In this document: positions 30,377 to 40,917 of the stretch, one piece after another
How the letters are laid out: every line of letters begins with the position of its first letter
Position numbering within the stretch: the first letter of the stretch is position 1
Origin: Tichowtungia sp.
Lineage (GTDB): Bacteria; Verrucomicrobiota; Kiritimatiellia; Kiritimatiellales; Tichowtungiaceae
Direction of reading: 5' to 3'
NCBI GenBank assembly: GCA_041584215.1
Contig: JBFHEM010000020.1
Span: 1,568-65,567, forward strand
Length of the DNA: 64,000 nucleotides
Translations under genes and position numbers: made by a program
The notes under the pieces: model-generated
Told to the model about the DNA's origin: nothing
Databases searched by the model: none
Seen by the model: the letters and a program-made list of their open reading frames with translations, nothing else

Positions 30377-33300
30377 GAGTTCACCAGGGCGTTGAGGGCG
30401 CAGAGGTCGAGCTTGCCGGTTCCAAGGATTGGAAGTTCCGCAATGCGGATGAAGTTGGCGAGGCGAGGCACCCATAAATTGGGCAGGCCGGAGTTTTTTA
30501 GGCCGGCATGCAATGCCTCGGGGTCGCCGGCCTGGTCGGTGCAGCATACAACGAGCTGCTCGCCTTTGGCGGCATCCGTTTTGCTGACGACGGCGACGCA
30601 GGGTTCGTCGGTTCCGGCGGCGTTCTGCAGCGCCTCTTCCACCGCGCCGTGCGGAACCATTTCGCCGCCGATCTTGCTGAAGCGCGAGAGGCGCCCGGTG
30701 AGGGTGACGAATCCGCAGTCGCTCATGCGGGCGATGTCGCCGGTGTTATACCAGCCGTCGCGCAGAACCTCGGCGGTCTTTTCGGGATTGTTGAGATAGC
30801 CCTGCATGACGTTGGGGCCTTTGACGAGCATCAGGCCTTCTTCGCCGTCGGGCAGGGCTTCACGGGTGTCGGGATCGACGATGCGGATTGCGGTGCCGGG
30901 CAGCGGCAGTCCGTTGCTGATCAGGGCGACCGGCGAGAGCTCGGTGCAGCCGTAGCCTTCGGCCGGGCGGATGCCGAACTGCTTTTCAAATGCATCGGCC
31001 AGCTCGGGCCGCAGCTTTTCGCCGCCGGTGATGACGGTTTCCAGGGTTTGAAAATCGTCGCGGGCTGCTTTGCGCATGTAGCTCTGCAGGAACGTGGGCG
31101 TGGTCAGCAGGAAGGTCAGCTTTTCTTCTTTGATGAGGCGGATGACTCGATCTGCCTGCAGCGGGTTGGGGTGGCAGGCGGTGCGGGTTCCTTTGAGCAG
31201 CGGCCACCACAGAAGCGCCATGTACCCAAAGGCGTGGAACAGCGGCAGCACCGCACAAATCGAATCTGACGGCTTGAACGCTTGAACGCTTTGAACGGCT
31301 TCAACGTTTGACAGCAGGTTGGCGTGGCTGAGCACAACGCCTTTCGGCGTTCCGGTGGTGCCGGACGAGAAGATGATGGCGGCGGTGTCGCCGGGCTGCG
31401 GCTCGCGCCCGCCGGCCAGATGTTTCGGCGAGCCGAGCAGCGCGGCACGGACCGCGCGGAAGCGCTCGATGCGCCCCAGGTTTTTGAGCAGGTCTTCGAG
31501 ATAGAGCCAGCGGACGGAGGGCAGGCACGAGGCCTGCCCGCACATTTTTTGGAGGAAGCGGCGCGAGGTGATCACATATTTCAGGTGCCCCTGCTTAACT
31601 GCGGATTGCATGGCATCGGCCGACGCGCTCCAGTTGAGGTTGACGACCGTTTTGCCGGAGAGCGTAATGGCCAAATTGGCGACGACACCGCCGAGCGAGG
31701 TGGGCATCAGGATGCCGACGTTTGTCTGATGTTTAATCTGCGGCTTGAGGCGGTTGGCGAGCGCGACCGCGCCAATCGTCAGTTTTCCATATGTTGCTTG
31801 GCTGCCAAGGGTGTCTTTGGCAATCGGGCGGAGCCAGTGGCGGCGCGCCTGTTTGAGGAATTCGTGGCAGAGCGTATTGCCGGGGCGCTGCGCCCTTTCG
31901 ATGGCGTGTTCCGCGCCGAGCTCGGCGATCACGCGGCGGGCTTCGTCGGCCGGGGTATCGGACGGAAGCGGGTTGCCGAAGCGGACGGTGACGGGGCGCG
32001 GGAACTGGCGCGGGATGCGGAGGCCGGGTTTGCCCTCTTTGAAACTGAAGATGCTGCCCCAGATATTTCCAATATGCGCCGGGATGATCGGGCAGCCGGA
32101 GTTGCGGGCGATCTTTTCGAACCCCTTGTTGAATTTCATGAGGGCGCCGTTTTTGGTCAGTTCGCCCTCGGGGAAGATGGCGACGATGGCGCCCGCTTCC
32201 ATGGTCTGGCGGGCTTCCTTGAGCGAGCGGGCGAGCGCACGCGGGCCGTCGGAGGTGTGGATCGGAATGCAGTCGGTGAGCTTAAAGAAGGGCCAGGCCC
32301 ACGTCCAGGTTTTGAAAACGTCGCGCGACATTACAAAGCGGACGGGGCGCTGGGTGGCGGCCTGCAGCAGCAGGGCGTCGGCGTAGGCGGTGTGGTTGCA
32401 GATGAGCATCGCGCCGCCTTCGCGCGGCAGGTTTTCCAACCCTTGGAAACGGATTTTGTAGAGGCGGTGGATCAGGCGCATCAGCCAGAAGCGGGTGAAG
32501 AAGCCGGGCAGGCGCATGCAGGCCAGCACGGCCGGAACGGCCGCCATCAGTCCGGTCGCAAAGACGCATCCGCGGGCGGGCAGGTGCAGCCCCTTGGTCA
32601 GCAGCGCAAACAGCGCCGACGAACCAATCATGGTGCTGAAGCTGAGAAAGCTCGATGCGCCGAACACCTCGCCGCGCCGCTCCTTCGGTATGCGCTTTTG
32701 CAGAAAGGCGTTGAGCGGAACCAGATACATTCCGCAGCATGCGCCGAGCAGGACGATCCAGCCGGCAATCCAGACCGGGCTGGTTGCGCAGCTGAGCCCG
32801 ATGGCCGAGCCCATCACGCCGAGCGCGCCGACCGGGATCAGCCCGATCTCAATGGTGTGCCTGGAAAAATATCCGGTCAGCAGGGCGCCGAGTCCGATGC
32901 CGATCGCCGCCAGCGGAAAGAGAATGGCGCTTTTTTCAACGCTCAGTCCGACGGCTTCCTGTCCGAAGAGCACCAGCGTCTGCTGGAAGAAGGCGGTAAT
33001 GCCGCCGAACAGGACGAGGCCGAGAACCGCCTGCTGGGCCCAGTTGTCGCCCTTCAGGTTTTTCATGGCGCGCACAACATCGGGGAGAATCCACGGCGAT
33101 GACGTTTTAACCGTTCCGGCGGCAGGCACTTTGGCGATGCGGGTCGCGGCAAAGGTGCCGATTGCGGCCAGCGCGAAGCTGACGGCGATAACGGTGAGCG
33201 GGGAGAGGGACAGGTAGCCGACCAGCAGGGCGGGCAGGGCGGTTCCGAGTATGATGGCCGCATAGGTGGCCGCGGTCAGGTGCCCGTTGGCTTTGGAGAG

Positions 33301-33690
33301 GTCCTGTTCGTCCACCAGCTCCGGGACGATGCCGCGTTTGGACGGTCCGAACAGCGCGCTCTGGGCACAGAGGCCGAAGAGCAGGGTGTAAATCGGCCAG
33401 GCCAGGCCGGACAGCAGCGCGGGAACCGCGAGAACCAGCAGGCCGACCTCCAGCCATTTGCTGGCGATAATGATGCTGCGCTTGCTGACCCGGTCGGCCA
33501 GGGTTCCCGCCGCGTTGGAAAACAGCAGGAAGGGAATCACAAACAGCACCGAGCAGACCGCCAGTACCGTCGGCAGGCTGCCCGGGCCCAGCAGGTTGAC
33601 CAGCACGATCGCGGCCGTCATTTTGAAGGCGTTATCGTTCAGCGCCCCCGTGAACTGTGTAATATTCAACCACTTAAATGTCGTCTTCAT
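30373..33690 (-). CDS. aas: MFS + acyltransferase + acyl-ACP synthetase fusion (LplT-Aas-like)
   Basis: QF.GALNDN MFS start, NHTAYAD (HX4D) and FPEG acyltransferase motifs, FSSGTTGTPKG, GYG.TE, RFSKIGGEMV. Confidence 0.9.
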   Translation of the reverse strand: MKTTFKWLNITQFTGALNDNAFKMTAAIVLVNLLGPGSLPTVLAVCSVLFVIPFLLFSNAAGTLADRVSKRSIIIASKWLEVGLLVLAVPALLSGLAWPIYTLLFGLCAQSALFGPSKRGIVPELVDEQDLSKANGHLTAATYAAIILGTALPALLVGYLSLSPLTVIAVSFALAAIGTFAATRIAKVPAAGTVKTSSPWILPDVVRAMKNLKGDNWAQQAVLGLVLFGGITAFFQQTLVLFGQEAVGLSVEKSAILFPLAAIGIGLGALLTGYFSRHTIEIGLIPVGALGVMGSAIGLSCATSPVWIAGWIVLLGACCGMYLVPLNAFLQKRIPKERRGEVFGASSFLSFSTMIGSSALFALLTKGLHLPARGCVFATGLMAAVPAVLACMRLPGFFTRFWLMRLIHRLYKIRFQGLENLPREGGAMLICNHTAYADALLLQAATQRPVRFVMSRDVFKTWTWAWPFFKLTDCIPIHTSDGPRALARSLKEARQTMEAGAIVAIFPEGELTKNGALMKFNKGFEKIARNSGCPIIPAHIGNIWGSIFSFKEGKPGLRIPRQFPRPVTVRFGNPLPSDTPADEARRVIAELGAEHAIERAQRPGNTLCHEFLKQARRHWLRPIAKDTLGSQATYGKLTIGAVALANRLKPQIKHQTNVGILMPTSLGGVVANLAITLSGKTVVNLNWSASADAMQSAVKQGHLKYVITSRRFLQKMCGQASCLPSVRWLYLEDLLKNLGRIERFRAVRAALLGSPKHLAGGREPQPGDTAAIIFSSGTTGTPKGVVLSHANLLSNVEAVQSVQAFKPSDSICAVLPLFHAFGYMALLWWPLLKGTRTACHPNPLQADRVIRLIKEEKLTFLLTTPTFLQSYMRKAARDDFQTLETVITGGEKLRPELADAFEKQFGIRPAEGYGCTELSPVALISNGLPLPGTAIRIVDPDTREALPDGEEGLMLVKGPNVMQGYLNNPEKTAEVLRDGWYNTGDIARMSDCGFVTLTGRLSRFSKIGGEMVPHGAVEEALQNAAGTDEPCVAVVSKTDAAKGEQLVVCCTDQAGDPEALHAGLKNSGLPNLWVPRLANFIRIAELPILGTGKLDLCALNALVNS

Positions 33691-33741
33691 TTTTCCGCTC
33701 CTTGGGGACAGGGTCCCTTTTTAAATTACAGAGTGCTTTAA

Positions 33742-33758
33742 TGCAGGGAGTGTGCCAC
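33742..33758 (-). promoter_or_regulatory. Sigma54 -24/-12 promoter of the aas operon
   Basis: Minus strand TGGCAC-ACTCC-CTGCA about 50 bp before the aas ATG; divergent from a sigma54 activator gene. Confidence 0.8.
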
Positions 33759-33869
33759 GGGACAGGCATTAGGCTTTAGACCTTGGACCTTAGGCGGTTA
33801 CAAAAATAATTGCCCCAGAGGTGGAATGACGGATAGACAAAAAATGAATTCATGATATTCATTTTATGT

Positions 33870-35276
33870 ATGAACATTGAATTTTTCAGGATGGCGGCCT
33901 CGGCGGCGTTTGCGAATCCGTTCAGCGATGAGCGGGTGGAGATGGATCGCAAGATTATCGGTGCACCGGAGGAGATGGGCTGGGAGGAGATGCTGGCTCC
34001 GCTCTTCCAAACCCTGGAAAAAAATATCCGGGGTTTGGACAATGTGAAGGCGCTGGTGGCGGCCCGGGAGACTGATGCGGATGCGCGGGCCGTTGCCGTG
34101 AGCGTTCTGTTCATGGTGTATACGGAATATCAGCTTCGGTTTGACGGGCTGATTGAGCGGCAGATTGAGGCGGGCGATGAGCCGTGCGAGGCGCCGATGG
34201 CTTTCCAATGTTTGGAATCGCTGGCGGGCTATGGATTTCCGCGGGCGGAGGCCTGCCGCTATGTCGGCATTTTTTACCAGATCCGCCGGGCCTATTATTT
34301 TATCAGGCAGCTGGTTGGCGGCAGCGACTGCATGAAGCGGCTGCGCTCGCAGCTGTGGAACAATATTTTTACGCACGATGTCGCCTGGTACGAACAGTGC
34401 CTGTGGAACCGCATGGAGGATTTCTCGACGCTGCTGCTCGGTGAAACCGGAACCGGGAAGGGCGCGGCCGCGGCGGCGATCGGGCGGTCGGGCTTTATTC
34501 CGTTTAATCCGAATACAAAGCGCTTCACGGAAAGTTTTACGCGCGCGTTTGTGTCGATCAACCTGTCGCAGTATCCCGAGTCGCTGATCGAATCCGAGCT
34601 GTTCGGGCACCGCAAGGGGGCCTTCACCGGCGCGGTTGAAAAGCACGACGGCATTTTTGCGCGCTGCTCTCCGCACGGCGCGATCTTCCTCGACGAGATC
34701 GGCGATGTCTCTGTGCCGGTCCAGATCAAGCTGCTGCAGGTTCTGCAGGAGCGCACCTTCTCGCCCGTCGGCAGCCACGAAAAGCTGCGCTTTGAAGGAC
34801 GGGTGATCGCCGCCACCAACCAGCCGATCGACGCCCTGCGCCGGGAGGGAACGTTCCGCGACGACTTTTATTACCGCCTCTGCTCCGACCTCATCACCGT
34901 TCCGCCGCTGCGGCAGCGCATCGCGGAATCGCCGCGCGAGCTGGATGCCCTGACCGGATATTTAATGACGCGCATCTGCGGCGACGGCTGGAAATTTCCA
35001 ATGGTTGGAAAACTGCGCGAGAGCGTCGGCAAACACTATGCGTGGCCCGGCAACGTGCGCGAGCTCGAGCAGGCCATCCGCCGCATCCTGCTCACCGGCG
35101 CCTACGAAGTGGCCCGGCCGGAGCCGCCGCCCGACCTGAGCGCGGCGGCGATGACGGCGAAAGAACTGGTTCAAAAATACTGTGCGGATTTGTATGAGAC
35201 CTGCGGAAATTACGGCGAAGTGGCCCGCCGCACCGGCCTCGACTGGCGCACCGTAAAACGACATATCGAGCGGTAA
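33870..35276 (+). CDS. Sigma54-dependent enhancer-binding protein with unrecognised N-terminal domain
   Basis: GETGTGK, ESELFGH.KGAFTGA, FLDEIG, WPGNVREL, C-terminal HTH; start 33852 or 33870. Confidence 0.92.
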   Translation: MNIEFFRMAASAAFANPFSDERVEMDRKIIGAPEEMGWEEMLAPLFQTLEKNIRGLDNVKALVAARETDADARAVAVSVLFMVYTEYQLRFDGLIERQIEAGDEPCEAPMAFQCLESLAGYGFPRAEACRYVGIFYQIRRAYYFIRQLVGGSDCMKRLRSQLWNNIFTHDVAWYEQCLWNRMEDFSTLLLGETGTGKGAAAAAIGRSGFIPFNPNTKRFTESFTRAFVSINLSQYPESLIESELFGHRKGAFTGAVEKHDGIFARCSPHGAIFLDEIGDVSVPVQIKLLQVLQERTFSPVGSHEKLRFEGRVIAATNQPIDALRREGTFRDDFYYRLCSDLITVPPLRQRIAESPRELDALTGYLMTRICGDGWKFPMVGKLRESVGKHYAWPGNVRELEQAIRRILLTGAYEVARPEPPPDLSAAAMTAKELVQKYCADLYETCGNYGEVARRTGLDWRTVKRHIER

Positions 35277-35329
35277 AGCTCCCCGGCATACAGGAATATC
35301 AAAGAAGACGGATCGCACATGGTTGAAAT

Positions 35330-37291
35330 TTACTGCTTGAGGGCGCGGATGATTTTTTCGACGTGCGGCCTGATGGATGCAGGCTCCGCATTCCCGTCGG
35401 CGAAGCGCCGGCGGTAGTGGCGGTGAATGAGGGTGCGCAGGAGCTGATAGTCGAGCAGCGCGGGCGCGGCCAGCTCAACCCGTTCGGCCCAGGGGAGCAG
35501 CGCCTCCCCGGGATTGCGCGGCCAGCCTGCGCGGGCGATGGCTTTTTCCAGCCGGGCCATGTCGGTTTCAGCCGGACGGCGGATGTGGCGGGGCTTTTTC
35601 TTGCGCCGCACGGTTTTTTTCCTGCCCGATTGTTTCTGCCGTCTCACGCGGTTGGCGATCAGGACGATGAGCAGCAGCAGCAGTCCGATGGCCAGCCGGC
35701 CCAGGTAGTCCGTTTGGCTCCAGCGAAGGCGGGCCGCGCAAAAGGAGATAAACGAGAAGATGTCGGTGATGAAATGGAACGGCGATTGTGCACGGTCTTC
35801 CAGCTCGAGCCAGTTGGGTGAGGTGGTGTCGAGGTCCTGCCAGCGGCCGTTGAGGAAGACCCGCGCCCAGGCATGTCCGTGCCGCTGGCGGATGATGAAC
35901 TGCCGTTCGAGGGGGCTGTATTCCGCGGCGACATATCCGATGGTGTAGCGGGCGGGGATGCCGCAGGCGCGCAGGATCAGCACGGTGGCGGTTGCGAAGA
36001 GTTCGCACTGCCCGGCTTTGCGGTCGAGCAGGAAAAATGCGAGCGGAGTCGCGCGGGACCCTCTTCCCCGATGCTCCAGCGTGTAGCTGAATTCGGCGTC
36101 GAACCAGTCCTTGAGGATCTGGGCGGCCTCCGCGGGCGGGCGCTGTTTGAGGTGCAGCTGTTCGATGATGCCGGCGATCGCGGCGGCTTCCTGATCCGGA
36201 ACGACGAGATCGAGCGGGGTCGGCGCCGATTCAATGCAGGTGCCGGGGGCAAAGGCGGCCCGGTAGCGGATGAGCTTCGGGTCCACATCCCGGACGACCG
36301 CCGAGCCGAGGCGGTTCGTCAGAACCGCGCATTCGGGCAGGTGGTTGAGCTCGAAGGTTCCCGCCGGAAGCTTCAGCGTGGCTTTTCGGCGTTTGACGCC
36401 CGCCTGGATTTCGACGGCGTAAACGGGTGTGTTTGCCGGCCGCGGGCTCAAGCTGACGGGGCGGAATTCGGGGGGTCGCTCCAGCGGGGTGAGCTCGGCC
36501 TTGAGCGCATACCAGACGCGCGAGCGGTAGATGTTGTAGGAGGCCTCCGCCAGGCGCAGGGCAGCGGTTCCCGGCGGCAGTTTTTCGGGCGCGGCGCGGA
36601 AGAGGATGCGGCCGGACAGTTTTTGGCGGCCGATATCGCCGATGGAGGTGACGGTTTTAAACGGATCGGTGTCCCGTTCGAAAAACCGTGATGAAAAGGC
36701 GACGGCCGCCTGCTGCAGCCGGTAGAGGGTTGTGTGGAACACAAATCCGGCCGCTCCCGCCAGCAGCAGCAGGAGCATCCAGCGGAGCAGCGGGACGCGC
36801 CGGGAGCGGATCGGGTATGCCGCCCAGCCCGCGAGCAGGCAGATGCCGGCAAAATACGTGCCGGCGCCGCCGAATCCGGCTGCAAGCAGGCAGGTAAAGA
36901 AATAGGGATACAGAATGTTTTTCGGCCGGCAGCCGCCCGGGGGCTTATTCTGCCTGCGGCCGATCAGGGAGAGCGCGGAGACATCCGTCTTGCCGGACAC
37001 GCTGTACTGCTGAGCGAGCACAATCGGGAAGAACACAGCGGGAAGCAGTTTGCCGATATCATATATGATGCGGGTTTTGTCGCGGAAGAAGCCGGCAACC
37101 AGAACGCCCAGCAGAATGATGGTGCAGATGTCGGCCAGGTGGCTCCATTCGGCCCGCGAAACCTCCCGCCGGGTTTTCAGCAGGGAGCGGGTTTCCAGTG
37201 CCGCGGCAAAGAGGATGGCCAGCGGCAGCAGCCCGGTCTGCCCGCCCCAGAAGAGCAGCGCGGCACTGATCAGAAAGGGGGGCGTTTTCAC
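35330..37291 (-). CDS. Membrane transglutaminase-like protein
   Basis: TM N-terminus; GQCELFA, HAW, D.T catalytic triad. Confidence 0.85.
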   Translation of the reverse strand: MKTPPFLISAALLFWGGQTGLLPLAILFAAALETRSLLKTRREVSRAEWSHLADICTIILLGVLVAGFFRDKTRIIYDIGKLLPAVFFPIVLAQQYSVSGKTDVSALSLIGRRQNKPPGGCRPKNILYPYFFTCLLAAGFGGAGTYFAGICLLAGWAAYPIRSRRVPLLRWMLLLLLAGAAGFVFHTTLYRLQQAAVAFSSRFFERDTDPFKTVTSIGDIGRQKLSGRILFRAAPEKLPPGTAALRLAEASYNIYRSRVWYALKAELTPLERPPEFRPVSLSPRPANTPVYAVEIQAGVKRRKATLKLPAGTFELNHLPECAVLTNRLGSAVVRDVDPKLIRYRAAFAPGTCIESAPTPLDLVVPDQEAAAIAGIIEQLHLKQRPPAEAAQILKDWFDAEFSYTLEHRGRGSRATPLAFFLLDRKAGQCELFATATVLILRACGIPARYTIGYVAAEYSPLERQFIIRQRHGHAWARVFLNGRWQDLDTTSPNWLELEDRAQSPFHFITDIFSFISFCAARLRWSQTDYLGRLAIGLLLLLIVLIANRVRRQKQSGRKKTVRRKKKPRHIRRPAETDMARLEKAIARAGWPRNPGEALLPWAERVELAAPALLDYQLLRTLIHRHYRRRFADGNAEPASIRPHVEKIIRALKQ

Positions 37292-38634
37292 AGGCAGGCC
37301 AGTCCTTCCTGCGGGTTGCCGGTGTGGATAAAGTGAACCGGGCCGGCGTTTTCCGGCGGCTCCTCGTCGGTGATGACCAGAATTTTTACGGGAATGCCGT
37401 GTTCAGCGAGAATGCGGACCAGCTCCCGGCGGGCTTCGTCCCACGCCAGCAGAATGCAGATGCATCCGCTGAGCAGGGCGGCCTGCTCCCGGATCAGCGG
37501 AAAGAGGGAGGACAGCGGTTGGTCGCTGCAGGGGTCCACGCAGGCGAGCGTCTCCAGCAGCTTGCCGGTGTGGTCAACCCCGCGCCCGGCGCTGATGCAA
37601 TGCGCCTTTTCTTCGACAAACAGCAGGTCGAGCATCGATTCCTGCGTCCGGATGGTGCAGGCAAACGAGGCGGCGACCGAGACGGCGGTTTCGAACTTCC
37701 GGCCGCCGGGCGGATCGGTGAAGGTGTCGAGAATCAGCGCGTGGCGGACAAAATATTCATCTTCATTTTCGCGGATGATCAGTTTGCCGGTTTTGGCGAC
37801 GCTTTTCCAGTGGAGCCGGCGCATCGGGTCGCCGGGGCGGTACTCGCGCAGGCTCCGGAACTCGTCGGCGTTTCCGACCGATGAGGCGAGCGCGACGCCG
37901 CCGGCGTTGTGTTTGCGGGTGCCGGGCAGCCGGACGGGCGGCAGGGGCAAGCGGCGGGGCAGAATCAGCAGGTGGTCGGGCAGCGGCAGGTGCCGGACGG
38001 CCTGATACAGCCCGAACGGGCCGGTGCGCCGGATGGACAGCCCGGTCAGTTCGAGATATCCGCGGTGCCGGGGTTCGAGGTCGAGATAGACGTTGAGGTA
38101 GCTGCCGGCCCCGATCTCCGGCAGGGGGTGCTCGGCGAGCTTCGCTTTGCGGCGCTGTTCCGTCAGCCATTCAAACCGGTGATATTTCACCATCCGGTCC
38201 CAGCGGGTCAGGCCGGCCTCGACCGGCGCGCGCGCCCGCATGAATTCGCCGAAGGTCGGGCAGCCGTCGGAGGACTTTTCCTGAATGTGCAGGCCGCTCA
38301 GCTTTTTCGGGCTCCGGTTCCGCAACGTGACACGGTAGGTCAGTTTTTCGCCCGCGGTGGCAAAGGGCGGCAGTGTCCGGGTGACGGAGACGCGCGGCTG
38401 AAACGAGCGGGTGCTGATGCGGGCAATCAGCATGACCGATGTCAGCAGGGCGAACAGCTGGTAGACCGCGCATTGCGCGGTGTCGACGCCGAACGTGGCG
38501 GACGCGATCATTGCGCCGACCGCCAGGCGGCCCGCGCCGGTCAGTCGATGCCGGCGCAGCCGGCCGGATCCCGCCGTGTACACCTTGTAAAAAAAACGGT
38601 TCAGCTTTTGCATGGTTTTCGCCGAATGAATCAT
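37288..38634 (-). CDS. DUF58 family protein
   Basis: EF.SLREYRPGD..R.LHWK..AK.G.L..RE; between MoxR and transglutaminase genes. Confidence 0.88.
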   Translation of the reverse strand: MIHSAKTMQKLNRFFYKVYTAGSGRLRRHRLTGAGRLAVGAMIASATFGVDTAQCAVYQLFALLTSVMLIARISTRSFQPRVSVTRTLPPFATAGEKLTYRVTLRNRSPKKLSGLHIQEKSSDGCPTFGEFMRARAPVEAGLTRWDRMVKYHRFEWLTEQRRKAKLAEHPLPEIGAGSYLNVYLDLEPRHRGYLELTGLSIRRTGPFGLYQAVRHLPLPDHLLILPRRLPLPPVRLPGTRKHNAGGVALASSVGNADEFRSLREYRPGDPMRRLHWKSVAKTGKLIIRENEDEYFVRHALILDTFTDPPGGRKFETAVSVAASFACTIRTQESMLDLLFVEEKAHCISAGRGVDHTGKLLETLACVDPCSDQPLSSLFPLIREQAALLSGCICILLAWDEARRELVRILAEHGIPVKILVITDEEPPENAGPVHFIHTGNPQEGLACL

Positions 38635-38697
38635 CCGCTGGTTCGGTTTCGGGTCCTTCGGGTTGCGTGCGCCCCGCGGTTGTGCGGGAAAGGCCGG

Positions 38698-39648
38698 TCA
38701 GTGCGGGACGGGCAGCGCGGCCAGGATTTCCTCGACGATCTGCCGCTGCGTGCGCCCGGCGTACCGGGCCTGCGGCTCCAGAATGATCCGGTGAGCCATG
38801 ACCGGAACCGCGATGTCCTGAATATCTTCCGGGATCACATACGTGCGCCCGTTCAGCAGCGCGATGGCCTGGGCGGTCTTCATCAGCGTCAGCGAGGCGC
38901 GCGGGCTCGTCCCCAGAACCACCGCGTCGCGGTGGCGGCCGGCGCGCACGAGCCGGACGATGTAGTGCAGCAGCTCGTTGGAAATGTGAACCGCCTTGAC
39001 CTGCTGCCGGAGCGCCAGGATATCGGCGACATCGACGCAGGCCTTCACCGACTCAACCGGGGGCGCGGTCTGCTGATCGAGCAGAACCATGACTTCCTCG
39101 TCCTCTTCAATATAGCCGAGGCTGAGCCGCATGGCGAAGCGGTCCATCTGGGCCTCCGGCAGCGGGTAGGTGCCGTGTGTCTCGATGGGATTCTGGGTGG
39201 CAATCACGAAAAACAGCTCCTCCAGCGGGTACCGGGCGCCGTCGATGCTGACCTGCCGTTCCGCCATGGCCTCCAGCAGCGCCGACTGCGTTCGCGGCGA
39301 CGTGCGGTTGATTTCGTCCACCAGCAGGATCTGGGTGAAGACCGGACCCTTGTGGAGTCGGAACTCGGTCTCTTTGGGGTCGAAAATGGAAAGTCCGACG
39401 ACATCGGACGGCAGGAGGTCGGGTGTGAACTGAATCCGCTTGAATGAGGCGCTGATCGACAGGGCCAGCGTTTTGGCCAGCGTGGTTTTTCCGGTGCCCG
39501 GATAATCCTCCAGCAGGATGTGCCCGCCGGCGGAGAAGCCGGCCAGCAGGTGGCGGATGGTTTCTTCCTGTCCGCGAATCACGCTGGAAATATTCTGAAT
39601 CAACCGGCTGAGAACCTCTGCGGCCGGCGGTTTGGATGATGTTGGCAC
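38698..39648 (-). CDS. moxR: MoxR family AAA+ ATPase
   Basis: PGTGKT, RIQFTPDLLPSD, DEINR..P.TQSALLEAM.E, ATQNP.E..GTYPLPEAQ.DRF. Confidence 0.95.
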   Translation of the reverse strand: MPTSSKPPAAEVLSRLIQNISSVIRGQEETIRHLLAGFSAGGHILLEDYPGTGKTTLAKTLALSISASFKRIQFTPDLLPSDVVGLSIFDPKETEFRLHKGPVFTQILLVDEINRTSPRTQSALLEAMAERQVSIDGARYPLEELFFVIATQNPIETHGTYPLPEAQMDRFAMRLSLGYIEEDEEVMVLLDQQTAPPVESVKACVDVADILALRQQVKAVHISNELLHYIVRLVRAGRHRDAVVLGTSPRASLTLMKTAQAIALLNGRTYVIPEDIQDIAVPVMAHRIILEPQARYAGRTQRQIVEEILAALPVPH

Positions 39649-39757
39649 GGCGTCTCCCTACTGTTCAGGCGATGTATCCGCTCAGTGTAAGGGCGGAGCG
39701 ACACAAATGCAATCGGAGAGCCGCCGGGAAACCGCCCGCCCGCGGACCGCGTTTTGA

Positions 39758-40525
39758 TCAGTCGATGCAGAGTTCGACGGGGCAGTGGTCGGAGCCGGGG
39801 ATATCGTCCAGGATTTGCGCGGAGCGGATTCGCCGGCGGAGGGCCTGGCTGGTGAGAAAATAATCAATTCTCCAGCCGACGTTGTTTTCGCGGGCGCGGC
39901 CGCGGTAGCTCCACCAGGAATATTTTTCTGCTTCCGGATGCAGTGCGCGGAAGGTATCGGTGAGGCCGGCCGCGAGATAATTCGTCATGCCTTCGCGTTC
40001 TTCGAGGGTGTAGCCGGCGCAGCCCTCGTTGGCTTTCGGCCGCGCCAGGTCGATCGGGTGGTGCGCCACATTCATATCCCCGCACAAGATCACCGGCTTG
40101 GTTTGTTCCAGCTGTTTGATCTTCTGCAGCAGCAGGGCATCAAACTCCTGCCGCTCGGCCAGTCGCGACAGGTCGCTTTTGACGTTCGGCACGTAGGTGT
40201 TGATCAGGAAAAAGGAATCGAATTCCAGAAACTGAAAGCGGCCCTCGGCATCAAAGCGCTCGTCGCCGATGGCCGTCTCATAGGACAGCGGCTCGATTTT
40301 GGTCAGGGTGGCGGTGCCGCTGTATCCCTTGCGGTCGGCCCCGTTCCAGAAGCCGGTGCAGCCGTCGGCCCGGCCGGTCTGCCGGATCTCTTCAGGCAGG
40401 TCGCCGTTGTGCACCTTGATTTCCTGAAGACATAAAATATCCGGCTGCTGCGCGCCGAAGAACTCCGGGAACCCCTTTTTCATCACGGCCCGGATTCCGT
40501 TCACATTCCAGGATATCAGTTTCAT
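39758..40525 (-). CDS. xth: Exodeoxyribonuclease III
   Basis: SWNVNGIRA, LQE.K, GDMNVAH, GWRIDY, SDHCP. Confidence 0.96.
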   Translation of the reverse strand: MKLISWNVNGIRAVMKKGFPEFFGAQQPDILCLQEIKVHNGDLPEEIRQTGRADGCTGFWNGADRKGYSGTATLTKIEPLSYETAIGDERFDAEGRFQFLEFDSFFLINTYVPNVKSDLSRLAERQEFDALLLQKIKQLEQTKPVILCGDMNVAHHPIDLARPKANEGCAGYTLEEREGMTNYLAAGLTDTFRALHPEAEKYSWWSYRGRARENNVGWRIDYFLTSQALRRRIRSAQILDDIPGSDHCPVELCID

Positions 40526-40615
40526 GCTGAGTTTTCTCCTCCTGTTTCAATCGATCTCCCTGTGTACAGGGTCGAGGCGGCCTTGTCAGCTTTTTACCGA
40601 AAAGGGTTCGGGGCA

Positions 40616-40884
40616 GTGACAATTATTCAACACGGTTGAAACGCATGTGAAATATTTGTCACGCGGTATTGTAACTCACTGTACGGGTTTGAGTTGGCTC
40701 ATATCAGTCCGGGGAGCGGCGCTGCGGCGTGACAATTATTTCACTTCCCCGGACCGGCGGGGTTCTGACTTCCGGCCTCCGGTCTCCGATCTCCAGCATT
40801 CTCTTCTCCCTCTCTCCCAATGACTTTCGCTGACTTCTGACTTCTGACTTCCGACCTCTTCTCCAACTTGGCACACCCCCTGCA
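40616..40884 (+). promoter_or_regulatory. nifE promoter: three GTGA-N8-TCAC boxes plus sigma54 -24/-12
   Basis: Boxes at 40616, 40647, 40729; TTGGCAC-ACCCC-CTGCA at 40868. Confidence 0.8.
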
Positions 40885-40917
40885 ATAGACAGCGGCATCC
40901 ATAAAGGAAAAATTGAT

